Virus record (IMG/VR): IMGVR_UViG_3300025608_000041
Coordinates: 1-39,868 of that record
From: a virus
Lineage: Duplodnaviria > Caudoviricetes
Reading direction: 5' to 3' (one strand)
Length of the DNA: 39,868 nt
This document shows positions 1 through 8,969 of this stretch, one piece after another. Position numbers and translations under genes: made by a program. How positions within the stretch are numbered: the first letter of the stretch is position 1; every line of letters begins with the position of its first letter. A model generated the notes under the pieces. It was not told the DNA's origin. It saw only the letters and a program-made list of their open reading frames with translations, and did no database searches.

Positions 1-1
1 T

Positions 2-535
2 CGGAACGCTCACCTTCTCGCTATCGCTCCAAACGCTAACAGTTCTATTCTCTGTGGGTGTAGTGCTAGCATTGAGCCTATTAAGTCTAATGCTTACACC
101 CATCGTACTCGTGCGGGTGCTCACCTCGTCAAGAACCCAAACCTCGAGGAGGTCTTAGATGCTTTGGGAAAGAATGACCAAGAAACGTGGAAAAGCATCG
201 TTAATGCTCAGGGCTCTGTTCAGCACTTGGAGTTTTTGTCGCCTGAACAGAGGGACGTTTTTAAGACTGCGTATGAAATCGATCAAGGGTCCGTCGTTGA
301 GCATGCGGGTGATCGACAACCCTACATTTGCCAAGCACAATCCGTCAATTTATTTTTCCCTGCTGGTTCGCCGGCGTCTTATGTTAACTCGGTACACCTT
401 CGCGCATGGAAGTCTAAACTCAAATCCCTTTATTACCTCCGCACAGATGCGGGCGTCGAGGCAGACAAGGTTGGAGTCGCAGTTGAAAGAGTGGCTCTAC
501 AAGACGCGGAGGAGTGCCTGAGTTGTCAGGGGTAA
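2..535 (+). CDS. nrdA: Class I ribonucleotide reductase alpha subunit, C-terminal part (5' truncated by window edge)
   Basis: The frame is open from position 2 and reads RNAHLLAIAPNANSSILCGCSASIEP...FKTAYEIDQ...QAQSVNLF...KSLYYLR...EECLSCQG. The APxxxSS, SIEP and YY motifs and the C-terminal CxxC are typical of NrdA. Confidence 0.96.
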   Translation, partial: RNAHLLAIAPNANSSILCGCSASIEPIKSNAYTHRTRAGAHLVKNPNLEEVLDALGKNDQETWKSIVNAQGSVQHLEFLSPEQRDVFKTAYEIDQGSVVEHAGDRQPYICQAQSVNLFFPAGSPASYVNSVHLRAWKSKLKSLYYLRTDAGVEADKVGVAVERVALQDAEECLSCQG

Positions 536-538
536 GCT

Positions 539-733
539 ATGCACCAGTATTACGATAATGAGGAGACTACTTGCTCTATTTGCACGTGCGGGTTCGACCC
601 TAATCTTGAAGGCGGGGTTAAGGGTACTATCGGTGTTTTGCCGATGGCTCTCTGCCCAATGTGCTTTTCAGGGTTAGACATGTTATTTACAGAGCTACAC
701 GGCTGTGAGGACGAAGATGACGAACAAAACTGA
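539..733 (+). CDS. Small putative zinc-binding protein (CxxC...CxxC)
   Basis: 64 aa with CSIC and CPMC; starts 3 nt after the nrdA stop. Confidence 0.7.
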   Translation: MHQYYDNEETTCSICTCGFDPNLEGGVKGTIGVLPMALCPMCFSGLDMLFTELHGCEDEDDEQN

Positions 734-878
734 CCGCCGATGGCGGGAGATGATGAGAAGCAGTGCGGGAAAAGGGACGGCCCTAAGACCCCGTGATGAA
801 AAAAAGTACAGAGACAATTGGGACAGGATATTTGACAATGACAAATCGGGAAAAGTTCGAGAAGTTCCACCAGAATAA
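717..878 (+). CDS. Small hypothetical phage protein, 53 aa (not in ORF track)
   Basis: MTNKTDRRWREMMRSSAGKGTALRPRDEKKYRDNWDRIFDNDKSGKVREVPPE. GAGG lies upstream. The GKGxxxRPxDxxKYxxNWDxIF pattern resembles small phage proteins I recall, and the ORF fills the gap between its neighbours. Confidence 0.7.
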   Translation: MTNKTDRRWREMMRSSAGKGTALRPRDEKKYRDNWDRIFDNDKSGKVREVPPE

Positions 879-1185
879 CCCCAAGATTTGGGAGTACTTC
901 TGTAAGTTTTCTAATGAGGCTATAGACAACGGTCACCGGAGAATTTCACACTGGCTGATCATGAATAGAGTCCGCTGGGAAACGTCCATTGTTACGGATG
1001 ACAAGGACTACAAGATCAGTAATAACCATATAGCGTACTATGCGCGGCTGTGGCAGGAGACCTTTCCTGACAGAGCGCACCTGTTTAACACGAAGAGGAT
1101 GCAGGATGAGCGTACAAAAGATACACAAGAAAATGCTACGCACGTATCACAAGCTTTTGAAAGCTTCTGTCAAGAGAAAATTTGA
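838..1185 (+). CDS. Hypothetical phage protein
   Basis: Likely start at ATG 838 after AGGA. Globular-looking sequence FEKFHQNNPKIW...RVRWE...YKISNNHIAYYARL. Confidence 0.8.
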   Translation: MTNREKFEKFHQNNPKIWEYFCKFSNEAIDNGHRRISHWLIMNRVRWETSIVTDDKDYKISNNHIAYYARLWQETFPDRAHLFNTKRMQDERTKDTQENATHVSQAFESFCQEKI

Positions 1186-1267
1186 CAGGGCTGATGATCT
1201 TAATTGGAAGCTATTACAGCTCGAAATCAAATTGAAACAGCTTGACGACCTAGATGGTAAGTCGTAA
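1106..1267 (+). CDS. Small basic helical hypothetical protein (53 aa)
   Basis: MSVQKIHKKMLRTYHKLLKAS...; GAGGA upstream; overlaps the 3' end of the previous ORF and ends just before a structured intergenic region. Confidence 0.55.
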   Translation: MSVQKIHKKMLRTYHKLLKASVKRKFDRADDLNWKLLQLEIKLKQLDDLDGKS

Positions 1268-1323
1268 CATAGGTAGTGGGATGTAAGTTTTCTCCCCCGC
1301 CGGATTGATCCCCGGCATTTTGT

Positions 1324-1346
1324 GGCCCCGGAAGGGGCCTTTTTTT
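1324..1346 (+). terminator. Rho-independent terminator upstream of nrdB
   Basis: GGCCCC-GGAA-GGGGCC followed by T7. Confidence 0.8.
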
Positions 1347-1371
1347 CCAACAAATAAAACAAGGACTTACG

Positions 1372-2331
1372 ATGTCTTTATTAGAAGAGTCAAAGGTTTA
1401 TAAACCATTCAAGTATCCGTGGGCTGTCGAGTACGCAGTTTCTCATGAGAAGGTTCACTGGGGAGAATGGGAGGCAAAACTGCAAGAGGATGTGGCACAG
1501 TGGCAGGGCGGCAAGCTCTCAGCGCAGGAGAAGCACCACATCACTCAGATACTCAAGTTGTTTACACAGTCTGACGTACAGGTTGGCACGAACTACCTCG
1601 AGTACTACATACCGAAATTTAAGAACAATGAGATACGTGCGATGCTCACGTCGTTCGCTAACCGTGAGTTTGTCCACCAGCGTTCTTACGCCCTGCTCAA
1701 TGACACCCTAGGGTTGCCTGAGACTGAGTTCTCTGCCTTCCTCGAGTACGAGTCTATGAAAAACAAGGTGGATTTCATGGGTGACATCGACATGAACTCC
1801 CACGCCGGGACTGCGATGGCGATTGCCCGTAGCGTCATGAACGAGGGTATGAGCCTGTTCAGTGCCTTCGCGATGCTCCTGAACTACCAACGGTACGGGA
1901 AGATGCGAGGCATGTGTGAGATTGTAGAGTGGTCTATCCGTGATGAGAGTATGCACTGTGAAGGAATGGTTAAGCTGTTTAGGGAATTCTGTGAAGAACA
2001 CCCCCGGATTGTTACGGATGAATTTAAGAAAAATATCTATGATATGTTCCGTACTAGCGTTGCACTTGAAGATAAAGTTATTGACAATGCGTTTGAGATG
2101 GGCACTGTGGAAGGTGTGTCGGCAGAGGAAATTAAGCAATATATCCGATATCTTGCGGACCGACGGCTCATTATGCTCGGGCTCAAGGGTAACTGGAAGG
2201 TTAAGGAGAACCCCCTCGAGTGGCTCGATTGGGTAATCAATGGGGCCAGCCATAAGAACTTCTTTGAGGGGACTGTGACGGACTACAACGCCGATGGGAT
2301 GGCAGGAGAATGGGGGTGGGCCGCCGCATGA
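1372..2331 (+). CDS. nrdB: Class I ribonucleotide reductase beta subunit
   Basis: Di-metal ligand motifs FTQSD, EFVHQRSY (includes the radical Tyr), NEG and RDESMH; C-terminal NFFE; RBS AAGGA. Confidence 0.97.
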   Translation: MSLLEESKVYKPFKYPWAVEYAVSHEKVHWGEWEAKLQEDVAQWQGGKLSAQEKHHITQILKLFTQSDVQVGTNYLEYYIPKFKNNEIRAMLTSFANREFVHQRSYALLNDTLGLPETEFSAFLEYESMKNKVDFMGDIDMNSHAGTAMAIARSVMNEGMSLFSAFAMLLNYQRYGKMRGMCEIVEWSIRDESMHCEGMVKLFREFCEEHPRIVTDEFKKNIYDMFRTSVALEDKVIDNAFEMGTVEGVSAEEIKQYIRYLADRRLIMLGLKGNWKVKENPLEWLDWVINGASHKNFFEGTVTDYNADGMAGEWGWAAA

Positions 2332-2504
2332 GAGACACTGACGTACAGAAGATGTTGGATAGACTCAAGCTCCAGATGGAGGCATGTGAGTTAAATCCTA
2401 CCCTCGGTAACGTGAAGGTACTTGAAGACGCCCACAAAATGATCTACAATCTTCGGAACAAGTTACGTTTCCGGAGAGAGTATGATCGAGATCACGCCAA
2501 CTAA
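2328..2504 (+). CDS. Hypothetical protein
   Basis: ATGA overlap with the nrdB stop; helical, 58 aa. Confidence 0.65.
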   Translation: MRDTDVQKMLDRLKLQMEACELNPTLGNVKVLEDAHKMIYNLRNKLRFRREYDRDHAN

Positions 2505-2988
2505 AGAGCAAATCAGAGAAGCCCGCATGTCCGCGGGGGGTTCCATCGGATTACAGGGGTCCATCACGCAAGGTGGTGGTTCCCCTGCCGGTGCCCTCGG
2601 GGAGATTGTCATACGGGATTACTTGGATTACGTACACGCTCCTACTCCTCACTACGACTTGTATACAAACGAAGGCACACGCATCGACGTCAAGACCAAG
2701 CGTTGTACCTCCGCTCCCAAATCTTTCTACGAGTGTTCCATTGCCGCTCATGGTACGAAGCAGGAGTGCGATGAATATATCTTCGTGCGTGTGTTAAATA
2801 ACTTGCAACGTGCGTGGATTTTAGGTAGGATTGCAAAAGATGAGTACTTTGATAAAGCAGTACGACACAAGAGGGGCGAAGTGGACGAGAGCAATAACTT
2901 CACATTCAAAGCAGATTGCTACAACTTACAGATAAGTGAACTATGGCCGATCCAAAAGCACAACTACTCAACTTCACAATTGACCTAA
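2482..2988 (+). CDS. Putative PD-(D/E)XK nuclease-fold protein
   Basis: GALGE...YDL...IDVKTK pattern matches the E...D...(D/E)xK catalytic motif; RBS GGAGAG. Confidence 0.7.
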   Translation: MIEITPTKEQIREARMSAGGSIGLQGSITQGGGSPAGALGEIVIRDYLDYVHAPTPHYDLYTNEGTRIDVKTKRCTSAPKSFYECSIAAHGTKQECDEYIFVRVLNNLQRAWILGRIAKDEYFDKAVRHKRGEVDESNNFTFKADCYNLQISELWPIQKHNYSTSQLT

Positions 2989-3152
2989 ACAGGGATGGTA
3001 ATGTCGAGTTCAACCTCGACTGCGTAGACACGGTAGGCTTGGAGCGAACGCTCCGTAACCTCGGTGACCCCGTGTATCCTCACAAGATAGGTAACATCGT
3101 ACGGCACTACTTCCGGGAGTTACAGGATAAGATCAAGGAAGAGAGGGCATAA
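2943..3152 (+). CDS. Hypothetical protein
   Basis: 69-aa ORF, last gene of the + strand block. Confidence 0.65.
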   Translation: MADPKAQLLNFTIDLNRDGNVEFNLDCVDTVGLERTLRNLGDPVYPHKIGNIVRHYFRELQDKIKEERA

Positions 3153-3177
3153 AAAAACCCCGGTGGTATGCCGGGGT
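3151..3177 (-). terminator. Rho-independent terminator ending the late (- strand) operon
   Basis: On the - strand, ACCCCGG-CATACCA-CCGGGGT followed by a T-run, at the convergence of the two gene blocks. Confidence 0.85.
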
Positions 3178-3202
3178 CAAGGTTATTGGAGTTATAACTT
3201 TT

Positions 3203-3523
3203 TTATTGTTTTGTCTTTGGAGCTCCGTGCATAGCACCTTGCTTTACGGCTCTGCTGACAGCTCCTATAACTTGCCGCGAGGCTTCATCACGCTCTTTAG
3301 ATAAACGCTTTGCGCTCGCGTTCATGTCGTCACGAATTGCCGCAAGTTCTTCACTTTTTTTCTGTAGTGCCCGAGTTGCCGCTTTTCTTACCTCATTACG
3401 GTGGGCATTTCGTGCCGCAGTCTCTGCTGATTTTGCGGCCTTCCTAGACGTTACCCCTTTAGCGTACTTCTTTGCCGCACTGGTAACTGCACGTACGGCC
3501 GCTCCTATAAGTGGTCCTGCCAT
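3203..3523 (-). CDS. Small basic Ala/Lys/Arg-rich protein (possible virion/core protein)
   Basis: 106 aa, tightly coupled to the upstream gene. Confidence 0.7.
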   Translation of the reverse strand: MAGPLIGAAVRAVTSAAKKYAKGVTSRKAAKSAETAARNAHRNEVRKAATRALQKKSEELAAIRDDMNASAKRLSKERDEASRQVIGAVSRAVKQGAMHGAPKTKQ

Positions 3524-3524
3524 C

Positions 3525-3905
3525 CTACTTCGCCTTCTTCTTGGTTTTCCCGCCGTACATCATCCCGGCTGGCTCTTGGTCACCCGAAGGCATTGCCGCC
3601 TTGTCTCCCTTCTCACGTAGGACACTCCGCGCCATCATCGCATCTGCGTCGTCCCCGTTTGCAATCTCGCGTAACTCAGCGATGGACATACGTCCGAGCT
3701 CTTCCATGCGTTGCCTTTGCATGGCCGCCTTGTCTTTTGCTGTAGCGCGTCCTGTAGCTACACGAGACTGGGTATCTGCATTCGCCGCGGCGTTAGCCTT
3801 AGCACGAGTGTCGCCGCCATTCATCATCTTCTTACGCTTTGTAGGGCCAGTGGACATTCCGCCGTACATCATCGGCTTGCGGGGTGAGTTTGTATACTGC
3901 TTCAT
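3525..3905 (-). CDS. Small basic protein with three MM(Y/N)GG motifs
   Basis: MMYGG, MMNGG and MMYGG; RBS AAGGA. Confidence 0.75.
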   Translation of the reverse strand: MKQYTNSPRKPMMYGGMSTGPTKRKKMMNGGDTRAKANAAANADTQSRVATGRATAKDKAAMQRQRMEELGRMSIAELREIANGDDADAMMARSVLREKGDKAAMPSGDQEPAGMMYGGKTKKKAK

Positions 3906-3914
3906 AGGATTTCC

Positions 3915-6900
3915 TTAATTGTTGGGGTTTCTGCCAAGAGCCCGCATCTGCTGTTGAATAGGGTCTAGAGGTTCTGGTTGAGGGGGAGGGGTAGGTTCTA
4001 CTGAGGGAAGCGTTGTTTCTCCAGTGGGGGTTGTACCAAAGGGTGTCCCCGGAGTACGCGCAGTCGGTACCGGGCGGTCCGGTAAGTCTCCGACCCGTGT
4101 TACTGGGCCGTAGTCATAGTATACAGAACCAGCAAATCGAGTAGCCGCGTCTTCGTTAGCCGCTTCTTGGCGGACAATCTCAAAGGATAGTGCCCGTATC
4201 CAGTCAGGCTCAACCCGGTACTTCGGAATCTTACCTGTCTCGATAATGTCGAGGATTTCCTTAGCGATTTTAGGGTCTGTCAGCATTGTCTGTAACAGCT
4301 TACCGCCTGCTTGACGCCCTGCTCGTATGAGCATTTCTGTGGCTACCCACTGCGTGGATACAACTTGGCGATTGATGTTGTAGATACGTGACAGAATGGA
4401 GTCCAGCGACAGGCCGGGAAGTCTCCCGTCCACGCCCGGTACACGCTCTTGTTGGATACGCATAACCGTACGGCCTACTAAGTCCCACGTTTGGTAGGCG
4501 TCGTCCCCAATGATTGCGCGGATGCGTCCCGCTTTTTCTGGATCACCTCCCGCTACCGCCCCGATGGATTCGAGGATGCTTCTTCCGTCGAGTCCCGTGA
4601 CAGGCATCCGTACTATTTCGCCGTCCTTTATCGTCTCCCCCATTCGAGATGCAACGGAGCTCGAGACCGTCTGGATGTGGCGGTTAACTAAGCGGGCGAC
4701 AGCTTCATCGACGTACTGAATAGCGTCGTCTCCGTCCATGCCATTTTCTTTCGCAGACTTAACCATCAGTTCTTTTATTTTACTGAGGTTAACTGCTTCC
4801 CCGGCCATCTCCCTCTCAAATGTGCCTGAAACTACTGCGCCAAAAACGCGCTCTGCTGTCAGGTCGATATTGGTGACACCTTGGGTTGGGCTAATAGCGT
4901 AAGTTCGCATGAAGTCGTTAACAAAATCATGGTCTGCCTTGACGCTAGCCCCCGCATTCTTGACGCTAGTTAAAGCACCTTTCTGCCATGAGCCCAGAAC
5001 ATTATATGCTTCGCTAAACGTAGAGTCGAGATCGTACCGGTTCATCTCTAATGCGTCGATACTGATAGCGTTAAACGCCTCTTCCTGCTCCACGAGCTTA
5101 CCCACCTCAGTGAAGCTACCGTCGGCGTTCTTCCTGAAAACGGGTACGTTAGCAAAAGAGTCAAAGCCTGCGCGGTTATACTCGAAAGTTTCTCCTATGT
5201 CTAGGAGTGGGCGGCCCCTAGCATCGCGTTGGACAACTTGTCGGCCTCCCTTTGTTTTGACTAGCTCTCCTTGCAACCACCGCAGTACAGACTTGCGAGA
5301 AGCGTTCGCTACTTTAACTGCGTTTGCGTCCTCCTTGTCTGCGCTTTCAACAACAATCCGGTACCGACCTGTGTTCGCGTCGTACATACCCACTTGTTTA
5401 GCGAGGGGCTCAATTACGTTCGTGTAGAGGTCTTCTCCACCATACGCTACCTTCGCTTGTAGGACGTTACCGTAGAGGTAGTTCAGAGCGTTGTTAGGTT
5501 TTAACTCCTTTTGCACCGCGCTGTAGGTAGGGGTGATATTAGCGATGTCGAGTTCTTCGCCCTCTTTCGCATCATTTATTACGCTAGCCGCCGCCTCTTG
5601 CCGGGGCTGGGTATGGGTACCGTTCAGCTTGCTCACGCGAGGATCATAGTAGTAACGCTCGGCGTATTCGTAGCGGTAAAAGTCTTGAATAGCACGGAAC
5701 TCTTCGTAAACTTCGTCCGCAACATTACTAGGGGCTTGCTCCCCAAACCACCCGACTTGGAATGCTATGGGGTTGTTTACTTTGTTACCCTGACCATCGT
5801 CAAGTTGCTTCTGGCCTACTTCCTGCCAGCGGTCCTTCAAGGCCATGTACATGCCGGCGTTATCCCCGCCTTTACCTGCCATCTTGTTTAGGTGCTTGTT
5901 CACCAATCGCCAGTCGGCTGTCGTGATGAGCATCGGTAAGTTTTCCGAGAAATCACGGGCAGACTGCTCATTACCCCCGAAGAATTTTAGGTATGCATCC
6001 CGGGCTTCCTCTGCGTTGGGGTCATCGAGGACTGTCTTTATACGCATAAACTGGTTGATAGGGTTAGCTCCCTCAACACCCATCTCAGAAAGAAGGGCAT
6101 CGAACTCTCCGGCCCTATCACCTAGACGCTGTCGAACAAGCTTGAGCCCACCTTTTGCTCCGCCGTTAAACAGAGACCCAAAGCCACGTGAAGTTTTACC
6201 GTAAAGGTTCTCACCGGCCATCGAGAGAGCACCGGATGTTACTTCGTCAGGTAGGTACCCAGAAAGTTCCTTCTGCGCTTCAGAAGAGAAGATTAGGTCA
6301 TATAAAGGGCCTACATTAGCGCGTACGTTGGGGTAATCCTTATCGAAACTCGAGTACATCTTGTCCACACGATTAAGAATCTGGTTCTTACGTACCGCAA
6401 CTGCAACCGTATGTACTACTGAAGCATCCCCGTTTGCCGCCTGTTCTTTATTTAGGTTATTAACAAGGTTGTCCACAAGCTTGACGTGTTGTTGTTCGAG
6501 ACTGTCGATGGTCTTAGCCGCGTCTATCATCGCTTGGGAAGGGTCTAGACCCGTCTCCGCAAGAGTTTCAGGATCGACATCGAGGCGGGCCGCTCGACTT
6601 TGCATATCCATGAACTCAATCGCGGAGTTGACCCCCTCGAGTGTTTTATCGTCTTTTAGGAGTGCGCCGCCAGTTACCATCGTCTCTAGTTGCTTACCTT
6701 GCGCCGCCACAAATTCAGAGAGGGCTTGCTTGTCTGCTTCTAGACGCTGAGCCTGTCCCTGAACAAATTTGTTCATGCGATAGCCGAGCTCTGAGATAGG
6801 GTGATCGTCGGGTAAGCCCGCCGTTATTTTGAGGTTGAGCATCTGGCGAGTCGCTGTTGCCATGTTCGTTATCAAGCCTTGCTGTGCTTGCATCACGGAC

Positions 6901-8954
6901 TGGCTTCTCTGTAGCTCTCCAGCCAGATTGCCGAGATTAGTCACTACAACTTTTTCGGAGATGTTTCTCGAGAGAGTTACTAGAGCACCAATATCAGAGA
7001 GGGTCGCTAGGTTTTCGATGAAGGCATCTTCGTTGATATCCACGCCTGTTTTCTCAGAGAGTTCGATTAGACCCCTGCGGATAACAGCCGCCTCTTCTGC
7101 ACCGGCGAGGAAAGACTGCCTCAACTCACTAGGCAGAGCCATGATTTCGTCGAGAGCATTACGGGCACCCCGCGACATATTTTGAGAGTTGCGAGCTTCC
7201 TTCCACGAGGTAGGGTCCATACGTAGGAGGTGTCGTGCGGCTACGATCTCACTTAATGCGCCCTTTGAAAACCGTGTAACTCCTTGGCCTACCTTCGGCA
7301 TTGTTAGCATACCGATGACGCCCCCCATTTCGAGGAATGGAGTTACAGCAGGATCGCTACCGAAGAACTCCGCGTAGACTGTGGTTGTTCCCGTGACCCA
7401 AGCTGTCGTTCCCCGCAACTCTTTAGCCGCATCATTAAGGTACTTCGGAAGGAGGAGATCACCCTCAATAGTTCTGATCTGCTTGTTAATATTCTTTGCG
7501 CGAGCCTCCGCTCTTTTGATAGCCGCTTTATTGTTTTGGCTACGAGCAACTGTGAGGTCCCCTTGAATAGCATCCTTTTCTTTGAGTAGGCTGTCCATCT
7601 GTGGGCGCAACAATTCGACACGCTGTTGGCTTCCCGGACGCATGACGGCCAAACCAAATGCGAGGTCAAGGTCCTTCTGGATTTTGTCTGCCGAAAACCT
7701 CGACGCATTCTCCGTGACAAAGTCACTCTGAATCTTCATAAAATCGACGCCTTCATCGGCGGCATTACGTAGGGCGTCTACAAAAGTGTCCCCGCCGTAG
7801 TTTCTTTTCATGAATAGGTCGAGCTCTGTCATCCGACGGAGAGCAGACCCTGTGCGCTTGAGACCGGCCGCCACATAAAGGGGCACATCCTCGGCAAGAA
7901 ATTTACCAGCCCTCGAAATAGCTCCTTGCGGTTGGATAGCGTATTCAACAACTTCAGGTAACATGTCGTACTTCTCAGCAATGTACTGAGAGTAGGAAGG
8001 GATTTCGTAGTTTAGAATCTGATCGTCTTGCATCTTCTCTACGTGTTTACGTAGATCAGAAACATCCGTACCTGACAGGAAGCTATAGAAAGGGAGGGCG
8101 ACGTCCTTCATCAGGAAGTTAACGCCTTTCTGCGCGTAAGCGGGCAGAGACAATACAAAGCCCGCCATATCTGCGGGACCCTGTATAATACTGTCGAACT
8201 CGAACTCGTTTGTAGCTATGCCCCGCATAATATACGTACGGGCGTTCTGGTTGAGTCCTAGGTTTTTTAGGTAGGTGTCTGCTTCTTGCATATCCCCGTA
8301 ACCCGTCGGCCCCACGAGTACGTCAGAAACAAACCCTCCGGCTTGATCGAGGGCTCCCTTACGCACGGGCATCTCTTTGTACTGGCGGTATTGCTGGGCA
8401 GGAATTAGATCGTAACGTAGAAAACCTCCTCCTTCTCTATCGAGGGAGCCATCTGGTTTGGACAGGGGCACTGCAACACCGTCATTTGCCATCATGTATC
8501 GGTATTTAGTCGTCAAGGGCAGATCAGGCCGGTCGAAGTCTACCTTAGTCCCGTCGGGGGTTATAAAGAATGGAGCATTACCTACCTGCACATCCTGCTC
8601 TAGGTCAGCTTGACTTTTTGGCATGCCCTTTTCACGGGGAGTGTAAAAAAATTCCTGAACTCTCTGCGCCTCTTCCTCATCCGATGAGTAGGGATCAGGT
8701 GTTCTGTAAGGGCTTGCAGGGTACTGCACCACCATATCAGGTGTCACAACAACTCGGTCTTCATCTTCAGGGGCAGTAGGTGCCACCTCCTCTTCAGTAG
8801 GGGCAGACTCTTGCGGGGGCGTGGGAGGATCAACCTGAATGGTCATGTCTTCCTCTGGGAGGGTTTGCTCTTCCTCCTCGTCTCGCATCACATTACTAAG
8901 TTGCGTACCCTCGAATGGATCGAAAGCAAATCCGCCCTGCTGTTGTTCAGCCAT
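3915..8954 (-). CDS. Large putative internal virion (ejection) protein
   Basis: 1679 aa, looks helical, with acidic/Pro-rich termini; lies at the distal end of a podovirus structural operon. The function is inferred from position and size only. Confidence 0.7.
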   Translation of the reverse strand: MAEQQQGGFAFDPFEGTQLSNVMRDEEEEQTLPEEDMTIQVDPPTPPQESAPTEEEVAPTAPEDEDRVVVTPDMVVQYPASPYRTPDPYSSDEEEAQRVQEFFYTPREKGMPKSQADLEQDVQVGNAPFFITPDGTKVDFDRPDLPLTTKYRYMMANDGVAVPLSKPDGSLDREGGGFLRYDLIPAQQYRQYKEMPVRKGALDQAGGFVSDVLVGPTGYGDMQEADTYLKNLGLNQNARTYIMRGIATNEFEFDSIIQGPADMAGFVLSLPAYAQKGVNFLMKDVALPFYSFLSGTDVSDLRKHVEKMQDDQILNYEIPSYSQYIAEKYDMLPEVVEYAIQPQGAISRAGKFLAEDVPLYVAAGLKRTGSALRRMTELDLFMKRNYGGDTFVDALRNAADEGVDFMKIQSDFVTENASRFSADKIQKDLDLAFGLAVMRPGSQQRVELLRPQMDSLLKEKDAIQGDLTVARSQNNKAAIKRAEARAKNINKQIRTIEGDLLLPKYLNDAAKELRGTTAWVTGTTTVYAEFFGSDPAVTPFLEMGGVIGMLTMPKVGQGVTRFSKGALSEIVAARHLLRMDPTSWKEARNSQNMSRGARNALDEIMALPSELRQSFLAGAEEAAVIRRGLIELSEKTGVDINEDAFIENLATLSDIGALVTLSRNISEKVVVTNLGNLAGELQRSQSVMQAQQGLITNMATATRQMLNLKITAGLPDDHPISELGYRMNKFVQGQAQRLEADKQALSEFVAAQGKQLETMVTGGALLKDDKTLEGVNSAIEFMDMQSRAARLDVDPETLAETGLDPSQAMIDAAKTIDSLEQQHVKLVDNLVNNLNKEQAANGDASVVHTVAVAVRKNQILNRVDKMYSSFDKDYPNVRANVGPLYDLIFSSEAQKELSGYLPDEVTSGALSMAGENLYGKTSRGFGSLFNGGAKGGLKLVRQRLGDRAGEFDALLSEMGVEGANPINQFMRIKTVLDDPNAEEARDAYLKFFGGNEQSARDFSENLPMLITTADWRLVNKHLNKMAGKGGDNAGMYMALKDRWQEVGQKQLDDGQGNKVNNPIAFQVGWFGEQAPSNVADEVYEEFRAIQDFYRYEYAERYYYDPRVSKLNGTHTQPRQEAAASVINDAKEGEELDIANITPTYSAVQKELKPNNALNYLYGNVLQAKVAYGGEDLYTNVIEPLAKQVGMYDANTGRYRIVVESADKEDANAVKVANASRKSVLRWLQGELVKTKGGRQVVQRDARGRPLLDIGETFEYNRAGFDSFANVPVFRKNADGSFTEVGKLVEQEEAFNAISIDALEMNRYDLDSTFSEAYNVLGSWQKGALTSVKNAGASVKADHDFVNDFMRTYAISPTQGVTNIDLTAERVFGAVVSGTFEREMAGEAVNLSKIKELMVKSAKENGMDGDDAIQYVDEAVARLVNRHIQTVSSSVASRMGETIKDGEIVRMPVTGLDGRSILESIGAVAGGDPEKAGRIRAIIGDDAYQTWDLVGRTVMRIQQERVPGVDGRLPGLSLDSILSRIYNINRQVVSTQWVATEMLIRAGRQAGGKLLQTMLTDPKIAKEILDIIETGKIPKYRVEPDWIRALSFEIVRQEAANEDAATRFAGSVYYDYGPVTRVGDLPDRPVPTARTPGTPFGTTPTGETTLPSVEPTPPPQPEPLDPIQQQMRALGRNPNN

Positions 8955-8969
8955 GTGTAATTCCTACTG

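Noticed and set aside
1372-2331. Intron/intein or metal-free (class Ie) variant in nrdB
   Set aside because: The ORF is uninterrupted, of normal length, and has the usual carboxylate/His ligands and radical Tyr.
2482-2988. MSAGG as another member of the MxxGG tag set
   Set aside because: Single occurrence in a non-structural nuclease-like protein within a Gly-rich stretch; probably chance.
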